DNA from: a virus | Length of the DNA: 35,599 nucleotides | Virus genome (UHGV): UHGV-0130975 | Direction: 5' to 3' (one strand) | Shown: positions 9,300 through 19,817 of the stretch, one piece after another | How positions within the stretch are numbered: position 1 is the stretch's first letter | Layout of the letters: each line of letters starts with the position of its first letter | Position numbers and translations under genes: made by a program | The notes under the pieces: generated by a model | Databases searched by the model: none | The model's input: only the letters and a program-made list of their open reading frames with translations | Told to the model about the DNA's origin: nothing

Positions 9300-9755
9300 C
9301 TATCTCCCGTGATTCAGGAAGTCGATTAGTTCTTCGCGTGTGGCGCTGTAAAACGTCACGTCATCCACGCCTTTGAAGTATTTCTTGATGGTTCCTACAC
9401 GCTTAAGGCCAATCATTGCGCAGTACATCTGACCGTGGCGGAATTTGCGCGCAGCGAACGATGTGACGCACTGAACGGTGGTGTTAGTCAGAATGTATCG
9501 CCAGAACGCCAGACCGATTTCCTTGCTGAAGCCGCGAATCTCTGGCAGGTACATGGCGTGGCAATCGAATGTAAGAGGCTGAATTTCCTGATAGTAAACA
9601 ATGCCGCCGAACTGCCCGTGCACGTTCACCTCAAAGTAACGGCATTCAGGTTTGTAGTCGTATCCATCACCGTTGTTGCTCCCGGAGATAATGTCAGGGT
9701 GATTTCCTACTGCTTCGATCAGGTCGATGTTTCGCGTTGGTTTGAATGTAATCAT
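9300..9755 (-). CDS. P22 gp14-like protein (151 aa)
   Basis: Located between the tail-needle and gp7-like genes, as gene 14 is in P22-like genomes. Assignment is by synteny only. Confidence 0.6.
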   Translation of the reverse strand: MITFKPTRNIDLIEAVGNHPDIISGSNNGDGYDYKPECRYFEVNVHGQFGGIVYYQEIQPLTFDCHAMYLPEIRGFSKEIGLAFWRYILTNTTVQCVTSFAARKFRHGQMYCAMIGLKRVGTIKKYFKGVDDVTFYSATREELIDFLNHGR

Positions 9756-10456
9756 CAGTCAATCAGCCCATGTAATCTAAGTGCCGTTTCAAGCGCCAGA
9801 ATACGCTGCCGCGCCTGCTGCAAACCTGTAGCGAGAGCTGCGACTTCGGATTGCGTGTACGTAGTGCCGACAGTGTATGACTGGTTTGCGTTGAATGAGC
9901 CAAGAAGTGGCGTACCTGTGGCTGCAGTCCATCCGGTCTGCCTTGCTCCAACGACCTGAATTCCATCAACTGAATATGATGTTTTTACATCCATCGGTGA
10001 CGCAAGAGACTGCGATTCGGTTACGGTTTTCGATACGTAATCACTCTTAATGTCAGATACATCGCTTTCTACGCCATCCAGTCTTTGGTCAACAGTGACC
10101 AGATGCGCCTGAATATCGATAACCTCATCCAGCAAGTAATCAACATCGCTACGCAGTACGACTATCTTCCCTTCGGCGGTTGTTAACCTGACCTCAAGGA
10201 GATTTATCGCTTTTGTGTTTGCGGTGATTCTTGCGTCGTGATCAGCCAGTTCGACATCCTGTTCATCGTTTTTTACCTGGGAATCGTAAGCGCCCTGACC
10301 GGCCTGATTTGCCTTCCCGGCAATTGCACCGACATCAGCTCCCTGATTTATGACATATAGTAGGTAAGACTGGCTGAATATATTGCGTGGCAAAATTGAA
10401 GCATCAAGCCGCGTAGCTTGGGTGATTACCGGCACATTGAGATTCGAATCAGCCAT
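9755..10456 (-). CDS. Tail needle protein, P22 gp26-like (233 aa)
   Basis: 233 aa; N-terminus [73 protein letters not shown] and C-terminal ...[24 protein letters not shown] match, from memory, the trimeric coiled-coil tail needle. Confidence 0.9.
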   Translation of the reverse strand: MADSNLNVPVITQATRLDASILPRNIFSQSYLLYVINQGADVGAIAGKANQAGQGAYDSQVKNDEQDVELADHDARITANTKAINLLEVRLTTAEGKIVVLRSDVDYLLDEVIDIQAHLVTVDQRLDGVESDVSDIKSDYVSKTVTESQSLASPMDVKTSYSVDGIQVVGARQTGWTAATGTPLLGSFNANQSYTVGTTYTQSEVAALATGLQQARQRILALETALRLHGLID

Positions 10457-11874
10457 TACTCAATCCTTATCTGGCAACCTGACAGAGTGACAGGTGACTT
10501 CGTGATAACACGCAATTTGAAGCCGACATTTTTCCTGATGCGTCCGACCCGCTTCCACAAAACGCGTTTGTCGTAAACGAACGGTTCATTCTGCTCAATC
10601 ATCTGCTCACGACCGTAATTGATGCCGTCAGTGGTTGCAGAGAGGAACAGGCGGTCAGCGTACTGCGCAACGCCAGTTGAAGATTCAACTTCAAGGTCGA
10701 AAACTCTGGCGTTATCTGCTTTGAACAACGGAGTAAACAGCAGGTGTTCCTGTTGCTTGTCGTACTGGCTGCTGATATCGAACTGCAATTTCCCGGTCAC
10801 GGACTCCAGCTTATCGCCGCACGTTATCTGATTGCCTTCGTAAATGAAGTCGATAGCGCGGTACACATCGTCATACAGGCCTGTTTTCAGTACACACCAT
10901 TGCGGACCATTGGCGCTTGAAGATGCGTCGTACACGAGAACATGGCGCGGAAGGTGGATAATCAGCAACTCATGAGCATCAAATCGCAGCGATTCCATCA
11001 CACCATCAGCCAGTTCATCAGCAGTGTAGGAGCGGAGGATTTTCTCAATGCTCGCGCTGGCGATTGGTGATACCTGACCGGAACCGATGATGTACACAGA
11101 CGGCGCACCTGTTGCCGGATTGCTGATGAACGCATAAGAATCAGCGAATGGCGTTTTGCAGTAAGTCCCGGCAATACCTTTCTGCACCATCAGCGATGGC
11201 TGTGCGACATACAAAGCGGCACCAACGGTGGTTGCACCAGTCAGGGAGAAATATTCAATCGTTGATGAACCAAAGCATACGATGAAGTCTCGCCATGTTC
11301 CGATGCCGATGATGCCGTCAGGCTGCGATTCTGCGCGATATTGTGCGCTATAACGGTCAGGATGCGATTCGTCTTCAAGGTCAGTGATAAACCATGAATC
11401 AGTTCCGTCTTTTGACCACGCATAACGCCCACGTAAGCGTGTAATGTCGCGGACTGAGCCTAACTCATACTGTGTGAATCCGCTGTCTGTAGGCCAGTTT
11501 GAGACGGTTTTAACCGTGCCATCATAGCGATACTCGACCAGTTGACCATTAACGCCTACAGCCTGAGATGTCCGACCATGCGCCATTGATACGCGACCAC
11601 TTCCAGCGACGTCACCGACTTCGCTTTCGCCCTTATACAGCTTGCCCCCACACACGCGATATACAGCACTCTGCGCCATGTTGTACTCGACGCCGCGCGA
11701 TATACCGTTCACATCAGAACGTTTGGCAATGCCAGGGAATGAGCGAAGATATCCGCTGCTGTTGAGGATTTCTTTGGGTGTAGCCAACATATTCACTGGC
11801 AGATAGTCGATATAGTCGGCGTTTCGAAAGTCTTTGCCGACACCTTTCATAAGCGGAAGTTGCTGAATCGGCAT
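10456..11874 (-). CDS. Tail hub / head-completion protein, P22 gp10-like (472 aa)
   Basis: 472 aa, the length recalled for P22 gp10; position between gp4-like and gp26-like genes. Confidence 0.85.
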   Translation of the reverse strand: MPIQQLPLMKGVGKDFRNADYIDYLPVNMLATPKEILNSSGYLRSFPGIAKRSDVNGISRGVEYNMAQSAVYRVCGGKLYKGESEVGDVAGSGRVSMAHGRTSQAVGVNGQLVEYRYDGTVKTVSNWPTDSGFTQYELGSVRDITRLRGRYAWSKDGTDSWFITDLEDESHPDRYSAQYRAESQPDGIIGIGTWRDFIVCFGSSTIEYFSLTGATTVGAALYVAQPSLMVQKGIAGTYCKTPFADSYAFISNPATGAPSVYIIGSGQVSPIASASIEKILRSYTADELADGVMESLRFDAHELLIIHLPRHVLVYDASSSANGPQWCVLKTGLYDDVYRAIDFIYEGNQITCGDKLESVTGKLQFDISSQYDKQQEHLLFTPLFKADNARVFDLEVESSTGVAQYADRLFLSATTDGINYGREQMIEQNEPFVYDKRVLWKRVGRIRKNVGFKLRVITKSPVTLSGCQIRIE

Positions 11875-11883
11875 TTATTCACC

Positions 11884-12345
11884 TCACGTACTCGAATCAT
11901 CTTTCTCGATGTAAAACCGATTCCACGTAAACGCGCTTTTGTTACCACTACCGCGAGGCATGTCATTTCGCCGCTCAAGTGGTGGTATTTTGGTTAAAGC
12001 GATACAGATTGTTTGATATGCACTGTCAGCAGCGGTAAGGAGAGCGTCTGACGGCTGAATGACGTTATCCATGCACACTTGCACAGCGAGTTTCAAAGCG
12101 ACACCATCATTTGCCCATGCAGGGATACCTGAATCATCGTCAGGTAACGGCATGATGCCGTTTTCTGTATCAGCAAACTGATACCCAAGCTCGATACCTT
12201 TCGCCTGCCATGCTGCCATCATGTCTTCGAGGTCATTAATGGCATCTTCAATTGCCTGAGGGTCAGCATCTGTCAACGTGGCATTGGAATACAGCCCGGC
12301 TTTTCGTAAAGCCTTAAGAACGAGATCACCCTTCGTTTTCGCCAT
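11884..12345 (-). CDS. Tail adaptor / head-completion protein, P22 gp4-like (153 aa)
   Basis: Position directly upstream of the gp10-like gene and size (P22 gp4 is about 166 aa). Confidence 0.75.
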   Translation of the reverse strand: MAKTKGDLVLKALRKAGLYSNATLTDADPQAIEDAINDLEDMMAAWQAKGIELGYQFADTENGIMPLPDDDSGIPAWANDGVALKLAVQVCMDNVIQPSDALLTAADSAYQTICIALTKIPPLERRNDMPRGSGNKSAFTWNRFYIEKDDSST

Positions 12346-12514
12346 CTTCTTCCGCCTTAGCCACTTTTTGCTTCGTTGCGGTTTCTTCAGGGGTTTTTAC
12401 CCAACCTTTTTTCAGGTGAGATTTAACTTCTTCGTCATCAACAATGATGTAATCGACAGCAAACTGACCACAGGTGATCATGTTGCCAGGCTTATAGAGC
12501 ATTGTTCGTGCCAT
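12326..12514 (-). CDS. Small hypothetical protein (62 aa) between coat and gp4
   Basis: ATG 12514-12512 with GGGAG 6 nt upstream; charged lysine-rich C-terminus (KTPEETATKQKVAKAEEDGENEG). ORF-track start 12553 would sit inside the coat terminator hairpin. Confidence 0.5.
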   Translation of the reverse strand: MARTMLYKPGNMITCGQFAVDYIIVDDEEVKSHLKKGWVKTPEETATKQKVAKAEEDGENEG

Positions 12515-12527
12515 TGTCTTCTCCCAA

Positions 12528-12552
12528 TAAAAATGGGGCCGAAGCCCCACCA
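12528..12552 (-). terminator. Rho-independent terminator/attenuator immediately after the coat gene
   Basis: Minus-strand GTGGGGC-TTCG-GCCCCAT hairpin followed by TTTTTATT, directly after the coat stop codon. Confidence 0.65.
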
Positions 12553-12555
12553 AAA

Positions 12556-13809
12556 TTACTGCCCGGCAATAACGATGCCCGTATATTCAGGAACAAGTAC
12601 AGAGCAACCGTACAGAGTGGTGAAACGAGCAGTGGTTACGCCTTTGATGTGGTCGAAGGCGTAAGACATGATCAGCGTAGCGCCCTGCTCGGTGGTTGCT
12701 GTCATTACCTGTGGACCCTGACCAGTCGGGAATGCCAGTTTGCCGTACATCAGTTCAACAGAACCATCAGCCCAGAACAGGTTAGCCGGTGCTGCGTTCT
12801 TGTTGAGAATGGTGATTGCTGCTGATTCTGCCGGTTTGGCATCGACGTTTGCATATGGACGACTCGCAACATCGGTATTTTCAACAGGGAGAATCTTTGG
12901 AGAGATTGTTACGGTAGTTCCGCTAACAGCCAGAACACGGAATACCTGCGGTTGCCCGGTGGTATCTTTTGTGATCTGGTGTACGGAATTCACACCGGCA
13001 ATGGTGAACGCATCACCAACCTGCAAGCCAGATGCAGATACCGTAATAGTCCCCTGTCGGTTATCAACTGGCATACCATTTGAATCTTTCGCTTCAACCT
13101 TGTGTTCAGGTTGGCCTGATACTGTCAAGGATTCAGCGCTTCCTTTCGGTAATCGACCAGAAATATCGGTCTTGTAGCTATCAAAGGAAGCAACCGGAGG
13201 GATCTGCGCTTTTTCGTATGCTGTCAGGGTTGCGCCCTGAGCGTAGGCACGGTGACCAAGCTCGCCAGCAAGGTCTTTGTAGTTGAAGGGGTTCCAGAAA
13301 GAGCGACGGTTGATACCCTGCGGTACACCAATCGCCGTCATGGTGGCATCAATACCTGCCGCACAGTTCCACAAATCACGGCCCTGTGAACCAGTGGTTG
13401 AGTCAGCCATTGTTATCACGTTAGTAGCACGCTGCGTAACCATGGAAATCAGGTCAGAGTCAATCTGTGCAGCAAGGCGCATACCTGCGGCGCGACCAGC
13501 TTCAGTTTTATGCTCGGGGTCACGCATTTCACGCGCATCCAGAGTGTACAGAATGTTTTTCGGCTCCTTGAATACAGAAGGAACAAGGCGCTGAACCAGT
13601 GCTGTAGGCGTTTTTCCGCTGAGGTCGAGGCCTTCCTCAATGTTCATGTGGTAATGCTGCGGACGATACAGAACATCACCTGCTCGCTGCATTGCTGTAT
13701 CACCGGGACGGAATTTTTTAGCGTTACGGGAAACTACGCAGGCGGCCTCAAAGCCTTCAACGTAGTTTTCGAACATGATTTCAAGGTCTTTTGCTAATTG
13801 GTTAGCCAT
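12556..13809 (-). CDS. Major capsid (coat) protein, P22 gp5-like (417 aa)
   Basis: Position after the scaffold gene and size (P22 coat is about 430 aa); recalled similarity to P22-like coats (e.g. ...NKNAAPANLFWADGSVELMYG... versus P22 ...TNVFWADDAIRIV...). Confidence 0.9.
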   Translation of the reverse strand: MANQLAKDLEIMFENYVEGFEAACVVSRNAKKFRPGDTAMQRAGDVLYRPQHYHMNIEEGLDLSGKTPTALVQRLVPSVFKEPKNILYTLDAREMRDPEHKTEAGRAAGMRLAAQIDSDLISMVTQRATNVITMADSTTGSQGRDLWNCAAGIDATMTAIGVPQGINRRSFWNPFNYKDLAGELGHRAYAQGATLTAYEKAQIPPVASFDSYKTDISGRLPKGSAESLTVSGQPEHKVEAKDSNGMPVDNRQGTITVSASGLQVGDAFTIAGVNSVHQITKDTTGQPQVFRVLAVSGTTVTISPKILPVENTDVASRPYANVDAKPAESAAITILNKNAAPANLFWADGSVELMYGKLAFPTGQGPQVMTATTEQGATLIMSYAFDHIKGVTTARFTTLYGCSVLVPEYTGIVIAGQ

Positions 13810-13827
13810 GCTTAATGCTCCGATAGG

Positions 13828-14721
13828 TTATTTTTTTGCCTTTTTAGCGGCGAAATACGGCGTCCAGTCACCAGTTTCCAGCGCCTTGGCTTTCAGTTTG
13901 TCGAGGTTATTGATTACTGCGCCGTTGCTCCCCTTAACTGTCGGGGTTGTGGCTGCCGTGGTTTTTGCTTTTGGCATGATTCTTGCCTTCGATTCGATAC
14001 GTTCCAGCAGACGACCAATTGCTACGGGGTTGGTAGCTTCTGCCAGTTGCTTGCGCAGTTCAGCGTTGCGACCGAGCGCCAGAACAACGATTTCCGGCTT
14101 CTCTGACTCAAACAGGATCGCGTTTTGTGTCTCTATGGGGATTTCCTCGAGTACGGCCTGTTCAGCTTCCTGATAGCCAGGAACCTTGAGAGCCTTAACA
14201 CGTTGCTGATATTTGGATAATCGCTCTTGATAGGCAGCCTGAAGCTCCTGCTCCTTCTGCTTGCGAGCCATCTCCTGTTGCTGGTATTTGCCGTTGTCCT
14301 CCGCCCACTTAGCCATGCGTTGCTGGTAGATTTCTTCATCGAAACCGATGTCCTCATCATCCAGTTTTGGCATTCGCGGTGGTTGAGTGATTACCGGCTG
14401 CTGCTCGACGGGTTTCTGAGACTGACGCATCAGCTCTTTCAGCTCGCGGTCTTTCTCTTTAATCGTCTTGCGCAGGTGTTTTACCAGTCCATGCTCTGCG
14501 CTATCTTCGCTGGTTGGCGAATCCAGCTTTTCGTCACCAAAGTAGAATTCCTGTTCTGATTCGTCGTCATCAGTGTCAGTAGCTTCCTCTGCATCATTTC
14601 CTGAGGACTCACTGCCATCTGCTTTTTCGACTTCTTCAGCCAGTTCGACATCATCAGGAATCTGCTCTGACGCGTCGGTTTCGATTTCAACTTCTGGTGT
14701 GTTTTCTGCCATCTGGTCCAT
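13828..14721 (-). CDS. Scaffolding protein, P22 gp8-like (297 aa)
   Basis: Highly acidic N-terminus, long charged helical region, and lysine-rich C-terminal helix-turn-helix-like end (...LDKLKAKALETGDWTPYFAAKKAKK); located between portal and coat. Confidence 0.85.
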   Translation of the reverse strand: MDQMAENTPEVEIETDASEQIPDDVELAEEVEKADGSESSGNDAEEATDTDDDESEQEFYFGDEKLDSPTSEDSAEHGLVKHLRKTIKEKDRELKELMRQSQKPVEQQPVITQPPRMPKLDDEDIGFDEEIYQQRMAKWAEDNGKYQQQEMARKQKEQELQAAYQERLSKYQQRVKALKVPGYQEAEQAVLEEIPIETQNAILFESEKPEIVVLALGRNAELRKQLAEATNPVAIGRLLERIESKARIMPKAKTTAATTPTVKGSNGAVINNLDKLKAKALETGDWTPYFAAKKAKK

Positions 14722-14811
14722 TTGTTACCCCTGTTTACTCGATGTTCAGCCCATCGGAAGGCAATAGGGTGCCAGGCCTCATAAAGACAGCCATTGCACG
14801 TTATGGGTTAA

Positions 14812-17010
14812 TTACTGCTGTGGTTGTTGCTGGGTTGATTTTTGCAGGATGCTGCTGATGTCCATTCGTTGTGCATGGCCCTGTGCCTGACTTTTCAGGA
14901 CAAGCTCTGCATCAGCACGGGCATTATCTCCTTGCTGTTGCTGGAACTGTCCGAGCAGTTTCAGAGCCTCGCGGATATCAGATTTCTGCTGGCTATCGGC
15001 AGATGCGAGGATTTTCACAACATTTGCCGCAGCAACCTGAGCATCAGTCTGTGCCTGGAATGCTTTAACCTGAATGGCTGCCTGTTCGTTCTGCGCTTTC
15101 TGTAATTCAGCCTGACCAGCAAGAAGCTGACCTTGCGCTGCAACCATAGCCGGATCTGGCTGACTGGCCTGTTGTTGTTTCGCCTGTTCAACCATCTGCT
15201 GTTCTTCAGGCGTTCTCGGCTTGATAACGCCAGACAGAAGCAACTGATTGCGGTTGTATTCTTTCAGGTCGTCCATCCCTTCGCCGTCCATATTGTCGAG
15301 AATCATCGACGATACAAGGTCGTGCTTCGGCGTTCCTGGTGGGATAAGTGCCAGCATGGAAAGTAACGACTTAACCGTTGCATCACGGCGAGTAGCGAAC
15401 GACTGACCGACATCGACAGTCACTTCATAGTTACCCTGCGAAAGGTCGTTAAGCGCGATAACCTGCCCTGTCTGACGGTCAACCACTTCACCAGTCATCA
15501 GCGCCACGTCATCGCTGCCGTCCTCATTAACGATGCGCATTGGCGTATCGCTGCCATAGACTTCACGAGCCATAGAAAGCCACACAACGCCAGCGCGACG
15601 CATGGATTTAGCCATGTTGTCCATGTAGATATAGGACTGCGTATCCATCCGGTTAAAGATGCTATCAACGGTATCGGTGGCGACGTTGCTCGGCATGTTC
15701 TCAAGCTGCGACGCACCTGTAATTTGCTGAATAGCCGTTCCGGTGTACTGCAATAGCCCGGCAAGAGCTGGAGGCATTTGTGTCGGAGGCGTATAACTGC
15801 TGACCTGAGCCTGCGCAGTAATATCTCCGTTTTTGTTTTTCAGACTGACCATCGGCAGGAACGCCGGGCGCTTTTTGTTGCGCTCCGCCCAATGATTGGC
15901 GAGAGGACCAGGAATCATGTCAACATCAACTACAGGAATGCCATCACCGCCAGCCTGAGTAGCGTTATCTGCAATCATGGAAACCATCAGGTTCTCAAGA
16001 CGCTGTGCATCCATCGCTTTTGCTGCGTGGCCTTCGATTCGCTCCTGATTATCAACAAATGAGCGACGCCCATATACCGGGATGAGAGGAATATGTTCGC
16101 CCGGAATACGCTTCGGTTCTTCCAGCCATTCAGCGCCAGACAGAAGACCGCAATAAACTCGGCGTTTCTTCACTGTCCGCTCACCAATCAGTTCGAATGC
16201 ACCATCGGTCAGCTCGTCGACAATATCTTTGATTTGCTCTTCATCATAGATTGCCGTTTCTCCGCTGACAGGGTTACGCCATGCTGTGAGCTTCACCTTC
16301 TCTATGCGGACTTCGTAGTAACGTCCAACATAGATGGCGTCAGGCGTTGACCAGTCATACTGAGTACCAGTGTCATCACGAGAAAGGCTTGCCGCGATGG
16401 AATCAGGGTATTCAGCCTCGAACGCTTTGGGCGTCATGGAGAACATTTCCATAGCCCACATAGCATCAGAGCGGTCATATTGCTTGCTGTCCTGATCAAA
16501 GAAGACGCATGTCGCTGGGTCGTAAACAGGGAGAAGGCTTATACGGCGTTGCTCGTTACTCGGATCCATTTCATCTTCGTAATCGGCACACATGCGGAAA
16601 CAACCGAATCCGCCCGTTACGGCATCATCAAATGCGTTATCACACGCTTCGCCACCGGATGTTTCCTGATAGTCAGCGCGGAATTTGCCGTTCATTTTTT
16701 CGGCTAACGCTTCCGATGCCTTGTCATCCTTCGGCCTGAATTTAACGCTGATGCGATTCTGTCGATACTCGCCAATGATGCGATCACATTCACGGGCAAT
16801 CTTATTCAGTTCAAAGCGCGGGTAATGCTCAAACCTGCCTTCATCAAATGAGTAACCAGCGTTTGTGCTGCCTTCCCACTGTGCGCCGGACACCCGGACG
16901 AAACGTTGAGCCTCAATAATCTGCTCACGCATATCCTGCGTTGCTGACCAGGCATTATCAAAGTTGCACAGCACCTTGCGATGCCAGTCAGTCATCTTTT
17001 TTTCTGCCAT
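14812..17010 (-). CDS. Portal protein, P22 gp1-like (732 aa)
   Basis: 732 aa (P22 portal is about 725 aa); C-terminal Gln-rich barrel region (...PEEQQMVEQAKQQQASQPDPAMVAAQGQLLAGQAELQKAQNEQ...) recalled as closely similar to P22 gp1; immediately downstream of terL. Confidence 0.95.
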   Translation of the reverse strand: MAEKKMTDWHRKVLCNFDNAWSATQDMREQIIEAQRFVRVSGAQWEGSTNAGYSFDEGRFEHYPRFELNKIARECDRIIGEYRQNRISVKFRPKDDKASEALAEKMNGKFRADYQETSGGEACDNAFDDAVTGGFGCFRMCADYEDEMDPSNEQRRISLLPVYDPATCVFFDQDSKQYDRSDAMWAMEMFSMTPKAFEAEYPDSIAASLSRDDTGTQYDWSTPDAIYVGRYYEVRIEKVKLTAWRNPVSGETAIYDEEQIKDIVDELTDGAFELIGERTVKKRRVYCGLLSGAEWLEEPKRIPGEHIPLIPVYGRRSFVDNQERIEGHAAKAMDAQRLENLMVSMIADNATQAGGDGIPVVDVDMIPGPLANHWAERNKKRPAFLPMVSLKNKNGDITAQAQVSSYTPPTQMPPALAGLLQYTGTAIQQITGASQLENMPSNVATDTVDSIFNRMDTQSYIYMDNMAKSMRRAGVVWLSMAREVYGSDTPMRIVNEDGSDDVALMTGEVVDRQTGQVIALNDLSQGNYEVTVDVGQSFATRRDATVKSLLSMLALIPPGTPKHDLVSSMILDNMDGEGMDDLKEYNRNQLLLSGVIKPRTPEEQQMVEQAKQQQASQPDPAMVAAQGQLLAGQAELQKAQNEQAAIQVKAFQAQTDAQVAAANVVKILASADSQQKSDIREALKLLGQFQQQQGDNARADAELVLKSQAQGHAQRMDISSILQKSTQQQPQQ

Positions 17011-17011
17011 A

Positions 17012-18427
17012 TCAACCTACACCACAAGGAATTGAGTAACTGGAATAGTCGGGTTGCGCAGCCGACTCCGGGCAATGCATACACATCATCAGCGCATCAG
17101 CCAGGTTAGGAGATGGAATACCGAGCTTCTGCTTCATTTCGACCTTAGTCATAAGCTCCAGCTTCCCGTTGTTATTGAATTTGCGCTGAATCTGCGTCAG
17201 TTCTGCAAACAGCTTCTCCAGCATCTTCTCGCCTATCGCTTCTTTGTCGAAACTCAGCATGTCGTCGGGGTCTGCATACTCACCGTAGACAACCGCCCGA
17301 TATGTCAGATACAGCCTGTCAGCCAGTGCGTAATAGAATTGCGCTCGCTTATTGCGGAACACATCGCCAATAGTGCGAACGTTGTCACCCTGTACGACTT
17401 CATCAGCCCATGCTCCGGCCTGATACGGTGCATCTTCATCGAATGGCGATTCGCTGCCCTTGAACATCGTGGCGGTGATTTTCTTGCCGGAGAACGCTTC
17501 CGTTGTCTGTCTGCGTAGCCCGGCACCAACACCATCACCATCCCACAAGTAGTGGTCAGCGCCGTCTTCAATCGCCAGCGAAGTAGCCCAGTCAGCACCA
17601 TCGTTGATGTCCATCAGCAGACCTTCGGCAATGCGCTTAACTACCGAACCGTGGCGCGATGCGTAACCTTTAGCATCTGGCCCTGTATCTGACGGGTCAT
17701 GTGCAGAGACAACAGCGCCTTTCGCCTTCCATCCGAGTTTCTTGTGCGCATCGGTTGCGGCTTCAAGCCATTCTCGTTTGATGATTGCCATATCACTTGC
17801 GCTCACTGGCTCACCAAGCCAGATGTGACGATACAGTGTCGGATTTCTGCGTTTACACTCTTCCATCTCCAGACGGAGAACTTCAGGAAAGTGCGGGTTG
17901 TCGGTGTAGTTCACCGTCAGCAGACAAATATCATCGGGAGGATTTACAACGAATCGCTGATAGGTATCGTCGAGGATATTTTTCGGGTTAAAGCTCACCC
18001 ATATTTCGGAAAACGGCTTGCGGATGGTTGGAATCAGGATATCCCACGATTCCTTCGTTACCGCTTCCGCTTCTTCCACCCAGCAGATATCAATGCCTTC
18101 GAGCGATTTAATCTTCGTCGGGTTGTTTTTTATGCCGTAGAACATGAATTCAGCATTCGTTCCGAGATGACGAATCATTGAACGCTGAATTTCAAACTCA
18201 GCCGAATACCCTTCCCGCTCTATGGTGTCTTCAAGCAACCGGATTACCGAATCGCTGATACTGTTTTGCAGTTCACGAGCGCAAAGAATACGCACTGGCT
18301 GCCGACGCGCCGCTTCAACAAGCAGCCTAGCAATTGCCCATGATTTACCGCTACCTCGACCGCCTTTGGCGACTTTGTAGCGATGCGCCTCAATGAACGG
18401 TTCAAAGATAGGATTAATCGAGGTCAT
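17012..18427 (-). CDS. Terminase large subunit (471 aa)
   Basis: Walker A-like KGGRGSGKS near the N-terminus; C-terminal nuclease-domain acidic motifs; follows terS with overlapping start/stop. Confidence 0.95.
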   Translation of the reverse strand: MTSINPIFEPFIEAHRYKVAKGGRGSGKSWAIARLLVEAARRQPVRILCARELQNSISDSVIRLLEDTIEREGYSAEFEIQRSMIRHLGTNAEFMFYGIKNNPTKIKSLEGIDICWVEEAEAVTKESWDILIPTIRKPFSEIWVSFNPKNILDDTYQRFVVNPPDDICLLTVNYTDNPHFPEVLRLEMEECKRRNPTLYRHIWLGEPVSASDMAIIKREWLEAATDAHKKLGWKAKGAVVSAHDPSDTGPDAKGYASRHGSVVKRIAEGLLMDINDGADWATSLAIEDGADHYLWDGDGVGAGLRRQTTEAFSGKKITATMFKGSESPFDEDAPYQAGAWADEVVQGDNVRTIGDVFRNKRAQFYYALADRLYLTYRAVVYGEYADPDDMLSFDKEAIGEKMLEKLFAELTQIQRKFNNNGKLELMTKVEMKQKLGIPSPNLADALMMCMHCPESAAQPDYSSYSIPCGVG

Positions 18428-18864
18428 TTTCCGAATAGAGTGCTCATCGGTGATGTTTCAATCTGGATTGCGCCGCCGTCTTTGCCTGTTAGCTCGTGAT
18501 CAACCTTGTCGCGCCATTTATCCTTCTGTCGGTTCTTAAGCCAGAAGATGGCAGCTGTTGTATCTGGCGGGTAATACTTCTCAAGCGGAGTTTCGACAAT
18601 TCTGTTTTCAATAACACGAATATCGATGTCTGGAGCCACGAAGCCCATAGCGCGTTGATAAAGACGATCACTAACTTCTGCATCAGCGACGGCCTTACCC
18701 TTTTTTATGGACTCTAAAAACTCCGGATATTCCAATTTCCAATTGTTGATTGTTGCCTCGCTAACTTCAAAGAAGTCAGCGAGTTCGGCGTCTGTATAGC
18801 CCAGCAAGCACAGTTTGCGTGCCTGTTCGGCATACGCCTCTTGATACTTCGTTGGGCGCGCCAT
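18424..18864 (-). CDS. Terminase small subunit (146 aa)
   Basis: Directly upstream of and overlapping terL; N-terminal HTH-like region (LLGYTDAELADFFEVSEATINNWK); C-terminal ...TGKDGGAIQIETSPMSTLFGK tail. A pac site is expected inside this gene by analogy with P22 but cannot be located by eye. Confidence 0.85.
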   Translation of the reverse strand: MARPTKYQEAYAEQARKLCLLGYTDAELADFFEVSEATINNWKLEYPEFLESIKKGKAVADAEVSDRLYQRAMGFVAPDIDIRVIENRIVETPLEKYYPPDTTAAIFWLKNRQKDKWRDKVDHELTGKDGGAIQIETSPMSTLFGK

Positions 18865-18866
18865 GT

Positions 18867-19109
18867 TTATGTTCCGGTGGTGAACAGGTCTAACGCTTCC
18901 TTCGATTTACGCACCGCTTCGATAGTACGGGTCGTGATATCTGAATTAGCGCCGCCTGACTGGAAGTGAATTTTGAATAGCTCAAGCTTCAGCTCGTCAG
19001 TGCCGATGAATTGAAATGCTTCTTCTGCGGCTGCGTTCTGGTTCATGACCAGCTTGTAAATCTCTAACTGGAATTTCTGTTCTTCAGTCATGGGAATAAT
19101 CTCTGCCAT
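18867..19109 (-). CDS. Hypothetical protein (80 aa) upstream of terS
   Basis: ORF-track frame, co-directional with the late operon; no recognisable motif. Confidence 0.45.
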   Translation of the reverse strand: MAEIIPMTEEQKFQLEIYKLVMNQNAAAEEAFQFIGTDELKLELFKIHFQSGGANSDITTRTIEAVRKSKEALDLFTTGT

Positions 19110-19212
19110 TGTTGGCTCCGTTTATCCGTTAAAAGGGATATCAGTTAAGTTATCCCGTGTAGGGTATAAGCCATTATCAAAGCCACTCTGTAGGGAATGG
19201 CTTTTGTAATAA

Positions 19213-19584
19213 CTACTGTTCGCTTAGCTTCTGCTTCAGCAAGTAACCTTCGAGCATCCAGATTTTGTTTACAGCATTCTGCCGGGCAATCTTCCGACCA
19301 ATTTCTGCATCAAAATTTTCCGGACTTGCACAGGAACTCTCTCCGGTGACGGTGAAGCCGTTGCGCAGCACCAGGACGCAGAACGTCAGCAGAGAAAGTG
19401 ATTCGTGCGGCTGGTAGTTTACCTCTCCGCCAGTATGTTTCGCTTTTATGGCTTTGCCAAAGGCACCATCCTCTGCTGTGAAATATGCCTCCTGAGCAAT
19501 AATTCCTTCGATATGGTCTGGCGTAACGCGCGGTGCCGTTTTGCCTTTCTCAACAATTTCTTTTTCGATTTGCTGGTCGTTCAT
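19213..19584 (-). CDS. Conserved phage protein of unknown function (123 aa)
   Basis: ORF-track frame with a protein-like composition; no motif I can name with confidence. Confidence 0.5.
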   Translation of the reverse strand: MNDQQIEKEIVEKGKTAPRVTPDHIEGIIAQEAYFTAEDGAFGKAIKAKHTGGEVNYQPHESLSLLTFCVLVLRNGFTVTGESSCASPENFDAEIGRKIARQNAVNKIWMLEGYLLKQKLSEQ

Positions 19585-19817
19585 AATTATGACCCTGTAG
19601 AGTGGTTGCTTGATTAGGATGTCTTTCCATCAGTCCGCCACCACAAAGAATCTTTTTTGCCATAAGGCTGGAGGTTCATCTTTCAGTGGCTGCCAGTGTT
19701 ATTTCCCCACTTACTGGCTTGGGTTGTTTCGCGGTACTGCCGTAACTGGTTGCCTAGAATAAATTCCGGTTTCATTATCAAGCCCACCCGTTGATGGGCT
19801 TTGTAATGACTACATGG

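Noticed and set aside
9435-9969. Plus-strand ORF 9435-9959 and minus ORF 9763-9969
   Set aside because: Overlap the gp14-like and tail-needle genes in other frames or antisense; the structural genes are supported by synteny and sequence.
14842-18181. Numerous 60-160 aa ORFs on the plus strand within portal and terminase genes
   Set aside because: Antisense to long, well-supported structural genes; typical random ORFs in GC-balanced coding DNA.
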